This document shows positions 13,699 through 23,694 of a DNA stretch of 64,000 nucleotides, one piece after another (position 1 is the stretch's first letter; each line of letters begins with the position of its first letter). The notes below the pieces were generated by a model, which worked only from the letters and a program-made list of their open reading frames with translations, did not search any database and was not told where the DNA came from. The stretch spans positions 1 to 64,000 of the forward strand of contig NW_026920570.1 of NCBI RefSeq assembly GCF_032062105.1, given 5' to 3'. A program made the position numbers and the translations under genes. The DNA is from Saccostrea cucullata (taxonomy: Eukaryota).

Positions 13699-14561
13699 TT
13701 AAGGGCGAATTTGTTTCTTAAAAACTGGTTTTAGTTTTGAACCAGTTTTGTAAACTGTTCATTTGTTCCACAAACTGGTTTAAAATTAGTTTCAACCCAG
13801 AACCGGTTTTCTATTTGTTTTTGATGTAGATGAAACGAGTTCGTTAAACCAACCAAACCACCTCCGATGATGGTTTAGTTGGTTTACGAAAGAGCGGGAA
13901 GTATTCCATTATGGCGGTGATGAAAGATGGTGACTATTTTCATAAAGAAAAACAGTTATGAATAATTGTTTTTTCGAGAACAAACAACTCCTGACTTTAA
14001 TGCCAAATTCTAATGTTTATAGCCTTCAAAGAATAGACAAATGTTGCATATTGTAATTTAAATTTACATGCAACGATAATGAATAGAAAATGTTGAATTT
14101 TCCATTTCAAAAATAAGTTTTGAATCATATTAGACAAACTTTAGATGCACTATTAAATATAAATATTGCTGCATTTTAAGTAAGATAATCAAGAAACAAA
14201 TAAACTATAATATCTTGGATTCTTTAATTAAGAAAAATGATTTTAACTTTATTTGCATGTGTAATTTGGTTAATATGTTGTTCTAGCTCTTCATATTAAG
14301 GTTCCTACAATGTAAATGCACATGAAAAACGTCATAAAATTCTTGCAATTCTATCTCTTTTTTTCATCAGCAGCATTATTTCCGCGTTAAATTTCCAATT
14401 AACATTGATGTAATCAAGCATGTATCATAGACGCTCTTGCATAAACTGTTCATTTGTTTTACCGTGGTAAACCGGATTAAAACTTATAACCAGGTTGAAA
14501 TCTAGTTTTAAACCTTAAACCAAAACCTGAACCAGTTTAGGTGCAACAAATTCACCCTTAG
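13699..14561. mobile_element. Non-autonomous TIR DNA transposon (possibly Harbinger-type)
   Basis: TAAGGGCGAATTTGTT...AACAAATTCACCCTTA termini with repeated AAAC(C/T)GGTTT subterminal motifs at both ends. Confidence 0.45.
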
Positions 14562-15037
14562 TACACATACCTTGTCCTTATTAAGCACAGCATCTATTTG
14601 TTGAAAATATTTATAATTACTCTTGATTCCGATGCCATCATCACAATTTGAACTCCAAACGCTATACTGTATGAAGAGGTCAAAGAAACCTACATGACAA
14701 GAACTGGATAGAACCAGATTGTCTTTCAATAATCCCTTTGCCTATTTGAAATGTAAACTAAACTAAACATTTAAAAATGTTCAGATTTAAGAATAAGGAC
14801 ACAGGCACTAAATCAAATCGATTCATTTCAATTGTTTATTAGACACTAACAAGTATTAATTATAGATATCTGATCTCTTGTGTTATGTAAATGGTTCTAG
14901 TCCGTAAGTCTCAATGTATATTTTGATGGCAAAAAATTAAAAAAAAAAACACTGGGTTTACTATTGTTGTTTTTATTTCTTTTGTGTTTTTTTTTCGTTT
15001 TTGGGTCTTTCCCAAGGTGAAAATAGCTTAAATGAAA

Positions 15038-16050
15038 AACAAGAGGCCCATGGGCCTTATAGGTCACCTGAGCATTATGCAACAACTTTCCAGTGATTGA
15101 ATTTGATTAATATTTCAAGCCAGATGCTATGGCATTCACAATTTTGAAAGAGCTGGCGGTCCATTGGTTATCATAACTATACACTTAGCAGTTGCTCAGT
15201 TTGGTTACTTAATACCCATAGGCAGGGTAGGGGAACAAAAAATGCATTTCAACTAATCAGTAATATTCAGCAATAATCAGTAGTGTCCCTACCACACATG
15301 AACCCCTGACCCTTAGGCCTAGATCCACACATTGCACAATTTTTGTACAGGCATTCTTGCTTTTCAAAAATGTTTGATTAATTCCAAGGAGCAGGTTTCA
15401 AACAATTCATTATATATTATATTTTCAGTATATACATACAGCCCCCCCCCCTCTATAGAACCCCTGACCCTGGGGCCTTGAAATTCACAATTCTGGAAGA
15501 TTATCATAACTATATAGGTAGTTCATCTGCTTAATACCCAGGAGCAAAGAAGAAAATTTTCAAAGATTTAATGTATTTGCACTATATAATCAATAGAGCC
15601 CCGCCCTAACACCAGAATCCCTGACCCTGGGGCCATAAAATTTATAATTTTTAAAGAGGCATTCTTGCTCATTATAACTATATAGGTAGTTTGTCTGCTT
15701 AATACCCAGGAGCAAAGAAGAAGATTTTCAAAGATTTAATGTATTTTCACTATATAATCAATAGAGCCCCACCCTAACACCAGAACCCTTGACCCTGGGG
15801 CCATAAAATTCACAATTTTGGTAGAGGCACTCTTGCTCATCATAACTATGCACTTACTTAGTTTATTTAATACCCTGAGACAGAGAAGAAGATTTTTTAA
15901 AGAATTAATGCATTTTCACGATATAATCAATAGAGCCCTGCCCTAACACCAGAACCCCTGACCCTGGTGCCATAAAATTCAAAATTTTGGTAGAGGCACT
16001 CTTGCTCATAATAACTATGTACTTAGTTGGTTTATTTAAAACCCAGGAGC

Positions 16051-16084
<34 letters not shown>

Positions 16085-16333
16085 CACTATATACTTAATA
16101 TTTAGCCCTGCCATAGCACTAGAACCCCTGACCCTAGGGCCATGAATTTCAAAATTTTGGTAGAGGACTCAATGCTGATTACAATCATGCAAACAGTTTG
16201 TCTGCTTGATGTCCAGGAGTAAAGAGGAAGATTTTTAAAGATTGCATTAATTTTAGTGGTTTTGGCCCAACCTCTCAGACCCCAGGGGGGCAGGGATCAT
16301 GAAATTCACAATTTCTGTTTCCCTTTACCCATA

Positions 16334-16364
<31 letters not shown>

Positions 16365-16465
16365 TTGAGCGATTTCAGAGAAAAAGTTGAAAATGTTCAA
16401 ATGTTAACGCACAACGCATGACGCACAACGCACGACGCACGGCGACGGACGAAAACGGATAGCAA
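15038..16465. mobile_element. HINE/Helentron-like element carrying a ~169-bp satellite array (Cg170/HindIII-like)
   Basis: AACAAGAGGCCCATGGGCC..GGTCACCTGAG end; tandem units with ACC/ACTAGAA at ~15611, 15779, 15948 and 16118 (period 168-170 bp); (GACG)n-like microsatellite near 16420-16450. Confidence 0.7.
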
Positions 16466-16530
16466 AATGGAGATAGCAAACAACATTCAAGCTCGAAATC
16501 TATTCAAACAATAAAGTTACAACAAATCTA

Positions 16531-17397
16531 AGACCGCGTAACATTAAATGGCAAGATTGGAAATATGTAGCTTACGTCATTTCTATATGTTACAATCAAA
16601 ACATTCAAAGATAGACAATGAAATAGGCGGGTACAATTCGACACGGACGGCCGAGAAAAAAAATGGATTGAAATTCCAGTTTGAAATTCATTTTCAATCC
16701 ACCTGAGCTGTTTTCAAAAGCATAGTGTGAATGTATAATCCAAAGGACAAATAATTTCAATTGCCAAATACATGTTGGTTGAAATTTATATTGATATGAG
16801 TTTATAGCCTATAATATAATCTTAAGAACATTGGTAAAAGTCATAGAAGATATTTTTTCAGGAAACGGTCATTTGATTCTAGAGGGTGGGGGGGGGGGGG
16901 CAAAAATTGTCGAGTCAGATCAGGCTTTGTAGTTTGTACCAATTTAAATTTTTAGGATGAAAAGAACTGTTTTAGTTTTGTCTTCAATTTGACAACTTTT
17001 TTATTTATTTCCAAGATCATTAAGCCCCCCCCCCCCCCCCCCCCCCAACGCACACATACATAAATTATACCAAACAGAAATCAAATATTTGTCCCTTCAT
17101 AGATAAATCTTTCAAACGCTGGACAGAAAATAATGATTTACTTATTATTTTCAAACTATACCGAAATTGAAATTATATGTCTCTTCTGGGTCAATCAGTA
17201 ATAATGCGCCTTCTAGCGTAGCTGAGGTGGATTGAAAATGAATTTTAAACTAGAATTTCAATTTAATGTTTTTTCGACCGTCCGCGTCGAATGGTACCCG
17301 CCCATTCTATTTTCTATCATTGAATGTTTTGATGGTAACAGATTGAAATTACGTAAGCTCCATATTTCCAATTTTGCGAGTTAATGTTCCGTGGTCT
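16531..17397. mobile_element. MITE/foldback element with ~190-bp imperfect TIRs
   Basis: 16531-16720 is the reverse complement of ~17215-17397 (AGACCGCGTAACATT...TTCAATCCACCT versus AGGTGGATTGAA...AATGTTCCGTGGTCT). Confidence 0.7.
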
Positions 17398-19942
17398 GCT
17401 GCAGAGCAAACACGGGCCGCTTAAACATTAGAGGTGGGACAAGGTGCCATGGAAGAATGGTCATCCCTGCCGACCTGTCAATCCCGCCCTATGGGGTAAA
17501 CATGGGAAAAATCATAGATAATTTAGAGTGTAAATAATATCCTGACAATTATAGTCTGAAAAACGTACGTAGCAATTGGTTTAATGACTGCATTTGCTGA
17601 CAAGATCATTGTACCAGCTGAGAGGCATAAAACAAAAATACAGATATTTTATATTGCTAAATAAGAACGGAAGTTGACGATTGAAATGTCAAAGTAATCA
17701 TGTTTTTCGAAAGCTTTGTTGTAAGCTTACGGTTAGCAATAACATCTTTTTCTAGTTAAAAATCCAAATGAAACAGATGTGTCCGACTCTGTGGATTCTT
17801 TTATGGAAGTAACTATTGTAAATACATCGTCGATCTATCTAAAAGTCGAGTTGAAAGCAACTGTTACTTACAGAAAGGTTTTTCTTCTAAGGTATAATAA
17901 AGTGAGGGTAATGTGGTTATACTAGAAATATGAAGAAAATCTGTATATGAAAGAACACTCCCCCCTCCCTCCCCAGAAAAAAGGATTTTTGAGTTTCAAC
18001 AATTTTCCCTTTGTTGAACTTTGCTTTGGGTACCTCCTTTTCTCTATTATTCTGTCATGTGTCTGTAATTCAAATAAAAATTTAAACTACTGGGTGGCAT
18101 ATGAAATAAGTGCTGCGCTCCTTAGTTTTTTTTTTTTAATTTAATTTGTGTTATATCTTACGTTTACATTAGAGATATAAGTTTTTTTATTTCCTAGAAA
18201 ATATAGTTAAAACATAGTTAAAATAAACATATAACAAGCGAAGTGAGTTAGATTTCACTATTTCACGAAAGTAAAGAAAACGTCAAGTAAGATTCGGAGA
18301 TAACATGCTAAACTTGTTTTTCATTACCCAATTTACGGATAAACGATTCTGGTATTTACTGCTTTGACTTAAAAGATAACACAAAATAATAAGATTGCAA
18401 ATTCTTGAACTATATAACATGCGTAGGTGGCATTAACACTTCATCATTTAGACATGGCTAAATGATTTTTGTACGCCTAGCAATTCATTAAATTCATGTC
18501 TAAATGGAAGCTTCTATCTTAAAATCCTCTATGAGGTGTATAAATTTTTTCATGTACATAAAATGCTAAAATGCTCAATCTATAAATTGCAAAAAATTGC
18601 TGTTTTTTTTCTTTTTTTTTTTTTTTTAAAACCCAGATGAATCCGTGCGTGCAATAAAAAAAAAAAGCTTCCACTCTTTGAATATGATACCTGGTAATTC
18701 AGTATGAACTACGTAGCTGCTTTTTGTAAAAGTTCATTCCCCTTTAGTTCACTGATATAAATTTGTTGGACTACGTTTCCAGTGATAATTTTTTATGGTA
18801 CTTAAATTGCCCATGGCGTCCTCGGGGATATCAAGTCTTGGTAAGGATGACCATCGGTCACTGGTCAAGGAGTTCATGTAAGTGTTTCTTTCTTTATTAT
18901 AACGAACACCAATTAGGGTGAAAAATGTTATAGTTTTTAGTTGTTATTGTAGTTTATATGTTTTGGTTATGAGAAACAAAAGTCATGAATAGATATAACA
19001 ATAACAATTGATTTTACATAAAAAAGTAGAGATGGAAAAAAAGCACAATTGAAAAAAAGGAAGGTTCAAAATGTAGATTTTCCCACGTCTATAGCAGATA
19101 GGAATATACATAAATTTGTTTAAATAAAGAAAATATTTTATATCAAGCATTTCTCCAATACACATTGGTTATCAGAGAAATGTGTTTTGATTTTAACAGA
19201 AAATTCAAATAGAGGAAGGAGAGACTGCAGTATAAAAAAAAACGATGAGGAGTGTTACAACGCACTTTGGAAAAAAATATCACGGCTTAAATTATTCAAC
19301 ATTGTGGCAAACTTTAGATATGATAAAGAATTACTTGAACCTGGTTGGATAATTTTTCTTTGATTAAAAGATTACGAGTGTCATACAAAAAGTTCGAAGA
19401 CTTCTGTCATATTTTTTAAAATTATCAGAGATATAAGACAACAAAAATTGAGTCTGGGAACAGGGTCAAAAATGGATTACATACTAATTATACACTTTAT
19501 ACTATGTTCATAACAATAATAAGTGGCGCTTAAACGAATATATATGTTTAAATTTAATATTGTTTTTACTTCATATGCTAAAATTATTGTAATACATCGC
19601 TTAGTTTAAAAGATATCAATATATAAGGACGGACAGACTTTTTGATTTTGTAAAGTTAGGTTTATCAAAGTTAAGTGAATTGTTGCTTATATCAGCGATA
19701 TGGCCTCTGAGCCTCTCTTCTTTAATAAAAGAGGGTGCGTTATTATTATTTTCTAGGAAAGCTTATTTCATATTTTATTATTTATGTAAAATTAAATTTA
19801 TTTAGAGAAATACGAATAGATCTATTTGGGTAAGAAAGATAAATAGACTGAGGGTCCCACTGGCTGATTTAAAGGGGGCGTGAGGGGCGCACCCCCCCTT
19901 AAATTTTCAAAGTATGATATGACTAATATTAATAATGCCATA

Positions 19943-20135
19943 AGTAGTATAAGGCGCCTAGATAGGCGGGTCAATATCTAGGACATGGGCCCTGGGGGGA
20001 TAGGCGGGTCAACTGAGTGCACTTTCGGCCCTGGGGGGATAGCTGGGTCAACTGAGTACAGTCCCCCTGGGGGATAGCCGGGTCAACTCAGTACAGCCCT
20101 TGGGGTGGGGAATAGCTGGGTCAATTCAGTACACA
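19943..20135 (+). repeat. Polinton left terminal repeat: AGTAGTATAA plus five ~37-bp units
   Basis: Units with core ATAG(G/C)(C/T)GGGTCAA, GGGTCAA at ~19968, 20006, 20045, 20080 and 20118. Confidence 0.85.
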
Positions 20136-20365
20136 GCCCTATGTCCTATACGGGGTGTTTACACTGTATATATTTTTTTTACTATACGCTGCTACTACGA
20201 TTTTGGCAGCGACTCAAGAATGTGATTATGACTTCACGATTTCATTCACAGTCAACAGTCTAGCCAGCCAGCCAGCCAGTTTGAACTGGATTTTCTGAAA
20301 ACAATAACAATAACAAAGACAGACAAGAACACAGATTTTATTCAGAATCAAAATACATACAGAAT

Positions 20366-21141
20366 TTACTTTTTCTTCTTCTGGGTCTTATCGGTCATCA
20401 GGGATAGTTTCCTCTTGTGAGTAGTGCTGGGGCCTGGATTCTCTCTGTTGTGTTCCTTTTTCTCTTTTTTGTCTCCTTCTTTCACTAAGGGTTTGGTCTG
20501 GTGGTTCCCTGATATCTTGGTTTCCTGAGGCTTTTTCTCCAGTTTTTGTACTTCTTTTACGAATTGTGATCCTCCTCCTCATCCTCTGTACACTTATTAG
20601 CCCAATGCCCAAATTTCCCGCACTTGTAGCACAAATCTTTCTTGGGACAATCTGGGGCCCAATGCCCTAACTTTTTACTAGTTTTCTCTTTTTACAGAAT
20701 GATGTAGCATGGATCCGTCTGTCTTGTTTTCTTAGTCTCTCTGGATCCCCCTTGTCCCTCTTTTTTCTGGTAAGAGCTTCCTCCTCCTCTCATTTTGTCT
20801 TGCATGTTAGTGACTTTCAATTCTAATTTGGATAATTTGGCACGAATCAAACAAAATTCACTGGTGTTGTAAGTTTTCAGATCAGTCAGCTTGTTGTCAA
20901 GATCACTCACCTTGTTGTTCATGTAATTTAGCTTGTTGTCAATACCAGACAGCATGTTAACAATCCCATCCAGAGTTGTAGTCAAGATGCTCATATCTTC
21001 TTTATTCATGTATTCTGGAAGATTATACATGCCCAAATCCAATCCCACTGCATCCTGTGACTCTGGCATGGGGGCTCCTACATACCCTTCAGGTGTCACA
21101 TAACTAGGGTTGTCTGGAGTATTCATCATTGCTTCTGCCAT
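20366..21141 (-). pseudogene. Coiled-coil plus two CCHC zinc-knuckle protein, disrupted
   Basis: The frame of the 149-aa ORF continues past an in-frame TAA into LGHWAPDCPKKDLCYKCGKFGHWANKC, then a frameshift leads to a basic tail ending KTQKKKK* at 20366. Confidence 0.65.
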
Positions 21142-21205
21142 AATATTTTCACGTCTGTCAAGTTCGAAATGTCAACGAAGACTGATCGTCAAATCCCAGT
21201 TTTGC

Positions 21206-21394
21206 TTTATATACCTGTTGGATCTGTAAGGGCCGTGTGCATCAATACGTTTTACCTACGTTTTTATACCTGTTGGATTTGTAAGGGCCGTGTGCAAAAA
21301 AAAAACCTTTTACCTACGTTTTCTATACCTGTTGGATCTGTAAGGGCCGTGTGCAAAAATACGTTTTACCTACGTTTTCTACAGGGGTATAAAT
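21206..21394. promoter_or_regulatory. Three tandem ~57-bp copies of a conserved Polinton promoter module; probably bidirectional
   Basis: TATACCTGTTGGAT(C/T)TGTAAGGGCCGTGTGCA..TTTTACCTACGTTTT x3 between divergent genes; minus-strand TATA ~21206-21214 and plus-strand GGGGTATAAAT ~21384-21394. Confidence 0.65.
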
Positions 21395-21432
21395 GAGAAG
21401 AAAAGTTGGTCCTTTCTTCACAATCGACTATC

Positions 21433-21852
21433 ATGTCAACCCTGATACACACTCACTCTCTGATTTTAGATGGGTATGATTGTTTAGTACGATGGGCACA
21501 GAACCACCAAGAAGCTCTTCCCCCGGAGGCAGAACAAGTATTTCAGGAAGCGACCACTATCATGGAAACCCCTCAGGATTTGTGGTTACAATGCCTAGCC
21601 TTATCACATCATGCGACCATGGGGAGACTAGCTACCATACATTTTCTATGTCGACATATGAAAACAATTCTGCCCCAGAAATGGTACGGACTGAACCTGA
21701 CCCATTATTTCGGAAAGCCGTACAGTTTCCTGACCCATCCCCAAGCGGCCAAACTGATTTTACTGTGGGAGGAAATAGATGCGATGGAGAAAGTATGTAT
21801 TCAATACGGAATAAAATGGCTGGAAATTTCACACAGGCTAGGAAATCAGTGA
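21433..21852 (+). CDS. Hypothetical helical protein (139 aa), overlapping the GADD34-like ORF out of frame
   Basis: First ATG after the TATA box at ~21388; open to TGA 21850-21852; no recognisable domain. Confidence 0.55.
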   Translation: MSTLIHTHSLILDGYDCLVRWAQNHQEALPPEAEQVFQEATTIMETPQDLWLQCLALSHHATMGRLATIHFLCRHMKTILPQKWYGLNLTHYFGKPYSFLTHPQAAKLILLWEEIDAMEKVCIQYGIKWLEISHRLGNQ

Positions 21853-21995
21853 CTTTTAATACCAGCCTCAATCAGATCTACGAATTACCCCCCGAAGACC
21901 GGAGAAGTCCCTGGATACAATTAGTAGCGGATCGAATACGATTCCGGAGGAGAATTCGACAGTTAGAAGCTTTGTTAGTCTTTAAAAAAAAATAA
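21492..21995 (+). CDS. PPP1R15/GADD34-ICP34.5-DP71L-like PP1-eIF2alpha recruiter (167 aa from ATG 21492, or 59 aa from ATG 21816)
   Basis: C-terminus ARKSVTFNTSLNQIYELPPEDRRSPWIQLVADRIRFRRRIRQLEALL has an RVxF motif followed by R-x-x-W-x5-D-R-x-R-F-x-R-R-I, the PPP1R15 family signature. Confidence 0.8.
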   Translation: MGTEPPRSSSPGGRTSISGSDHYHGNPSGFVVTMPSLITSCDHGETSYHTFSMSTYENNSAPEMVRTEPDPLFRKAVQFPDPSPSGQTDFTVGGNRCDGESMYSIRNKMAGNFTQARKSVTFNTSLNQIYELPPEDRRSPWIQLVADRIRFRRRIRQLEALLVFKKK

Positions 21996-22315
21996 AATCA
22001 TGTAATACAACGTCAGTGTTATGTTATGTATGACGTCATCTTTATACACTCGGGTTCCCTGGATTTCGCCTCGTCACTGTTAATGTAGTCGATAAATTTA
22101 TGGTCGAATGTTGATTGTTTGATGTGGTCAATAGTTGGATAAACATTGTGTATGATTGAAATTAATGATTGAAAGTTGTTTAATATATATAGTATTCGAT
22201 GATTTAACTGTTATCTTGTTTTATATTGTATTGTGTACAGAGAATTGGGAGATGATGAATATTGATAAGTTTATCACTTATTTACAATGATTTCATGTAT
22301 AACACGTTAGGTGGC

Positions 22316-22519
22316 GCTTTTCCAAAAGCGATTTTTTTTGTGCTATCCTATCACATGTCACGATTTTTGATTACATGATTGATTATTGATGTTGCCACCA
22401 TATTTGACTATCGTTTGCTTTTCCAAAAGCGATTTTTTTTTTGTGCTATCCTATCACATATCACGATTTTGATCACATGATTGATTATCGATGTTGCCGC
22501 GATATTTGACTATCGTTTG
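22316..22519. repeat. ~101-bp tandem duplication upstream of the RING pseudogene
   Basis: GCTTTTCCAAAAGCGATTTTTTTTGTGCTATCCTATCACAT...GACTATCGTTT occurs twice head to tail. Confidence 0.8.
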
Positions 22520-22586
22520 GTATTGTGATAAATCCAGCTCCCGAGACTTGTCATTCCTTCGTAGCTGATTCCAGTTATCATACAAC

Positions 22587-23067
22587 ATGACAGATCGTGT
22601 ATTCTATGAAGACCTCTACCTTATTCCAGGCATCGTTATTGAGAGCTGTATTATTGTAAGAAGATTGGACACGGGGAGGCAGTGATGAGGATTAATATGG
22701 CCCGTATTCAACTGAACAACAACCACCGACAGAGGAGGGCCCACCCTTACAGGAGACCACCATCCCGGTCGCCGCCACCACGACCACCCAGACCTGCTGC
22801 TCCAGCACCACCACAGGCCAGGCGAGGAACCAGGGACGCATTCCGCCATGGGGTTTCTCCGTGCCCACACAAAGGATCCTCTGTACGTTGTGCATCAAAG
22901 ACGATGAAGAAAATAATTTTGTATGTGCCGGTGTCTACAGCGACCTGCATGCCTTCTGTGCGCTGCCCGATTAATCGACCGGAACCAGCCTTGCCCGTTA
23001 TGCAGAAATTCCGAGATTGTTATACAACCCTTGACTAGAAGACCAGAATTTAGAGGGGGGGGGATGA
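22587..23067 (+). pseudogene. Pro/Arg-rich RING-finger protein, frameshifted
   Basis: Joining frames gives MTDRVFYEDL...RRPPSRSPPPRPP...LCTLCIKDDEENNFVC/RCLQRPACLLCAARLIDRNQPCPLCRNSEI; Cys spacing resembles the RING at 32992-33140. Confidence 0.6.
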
Positions 23068-23262
23068 CAGTTAAGATTCCGATTCAGATATAGCCTTCGG
23101 AGCGATGGTCCAGCAGCTATTAAACGAGTAAAACCTACCGGGGCCCCACTGGATAACAAAATTATAAAAAAAACCAAAAAAAAATTAAAAAAAACAAAAA
23201 ATAACCCCAAAAAAACCGGCCGTTTTTACGGCCACCCAACTGTTTAGAAAAGATGCCTACTT

Positions 23263-23468
23263 TACAGTCGATAAATAAGAAACGATTTGTGTGTCTTAGA
23301 AAAAAAAGATGATCTTTTTTTTTTTAAAAATACAGTCAAAGAAACGATTGTATCTTAGAAAAAAAATGATCTTTTAAAAATACAGTCAAAAAAATGAAAC
23401 ATTGTGTGTGTCTTAGAAAAGAGTACCTTCATATACAGTCAAAAAAGAAACGTTGTGTGTATCTCAAG
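23263..23468. repeat. Four imperfect ~50-65-bp tandem repeats between convergent genes
   Basis: TACAGTC(A)n..GAAAC..TTGT..TCTTAGAAAA repeated four times. Confidence 0.7.
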
Positions 23469-23694
23469 TTAACACCAGGTCACTTTTATATATTTTTTTT
23501 AAACTTATAAATTTTTTAAACTTTTTTTAAAAATTAACTTTAAATTTTTTTCTTTTAACTTTTTAAACTTTTTTAAATAATAATAAATAGGAAAAAGAGT
23601 CCCTTTTTTAATAAATTCACATAAAACACATAGACACATTTTTAAATTTATTTTTTTCATCAAAACAACAATAACAACATACATACACATACAC

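Noticed and set aside
18810-18885. Possible exon (ATGGCGTCC...GTAAGT) as the missing 5' part of the TMEM179-like duplicate
   Set aside because: No recognisable similarity to exons 1-2 at 59796-60498
20692-20712. C-terminal CYIIL as a CaaX prenylation signal
   Set aside because: The Cys is five residues from the end, and the stop looks like a lesion inside a zinc-knuckle gene
19960-23468. Repeat arrays as CRISPR-like loci
   Set aside because: Eukaryotic context, no unique spacers of constant length, no cas genes; these are tandem or terminal repeats
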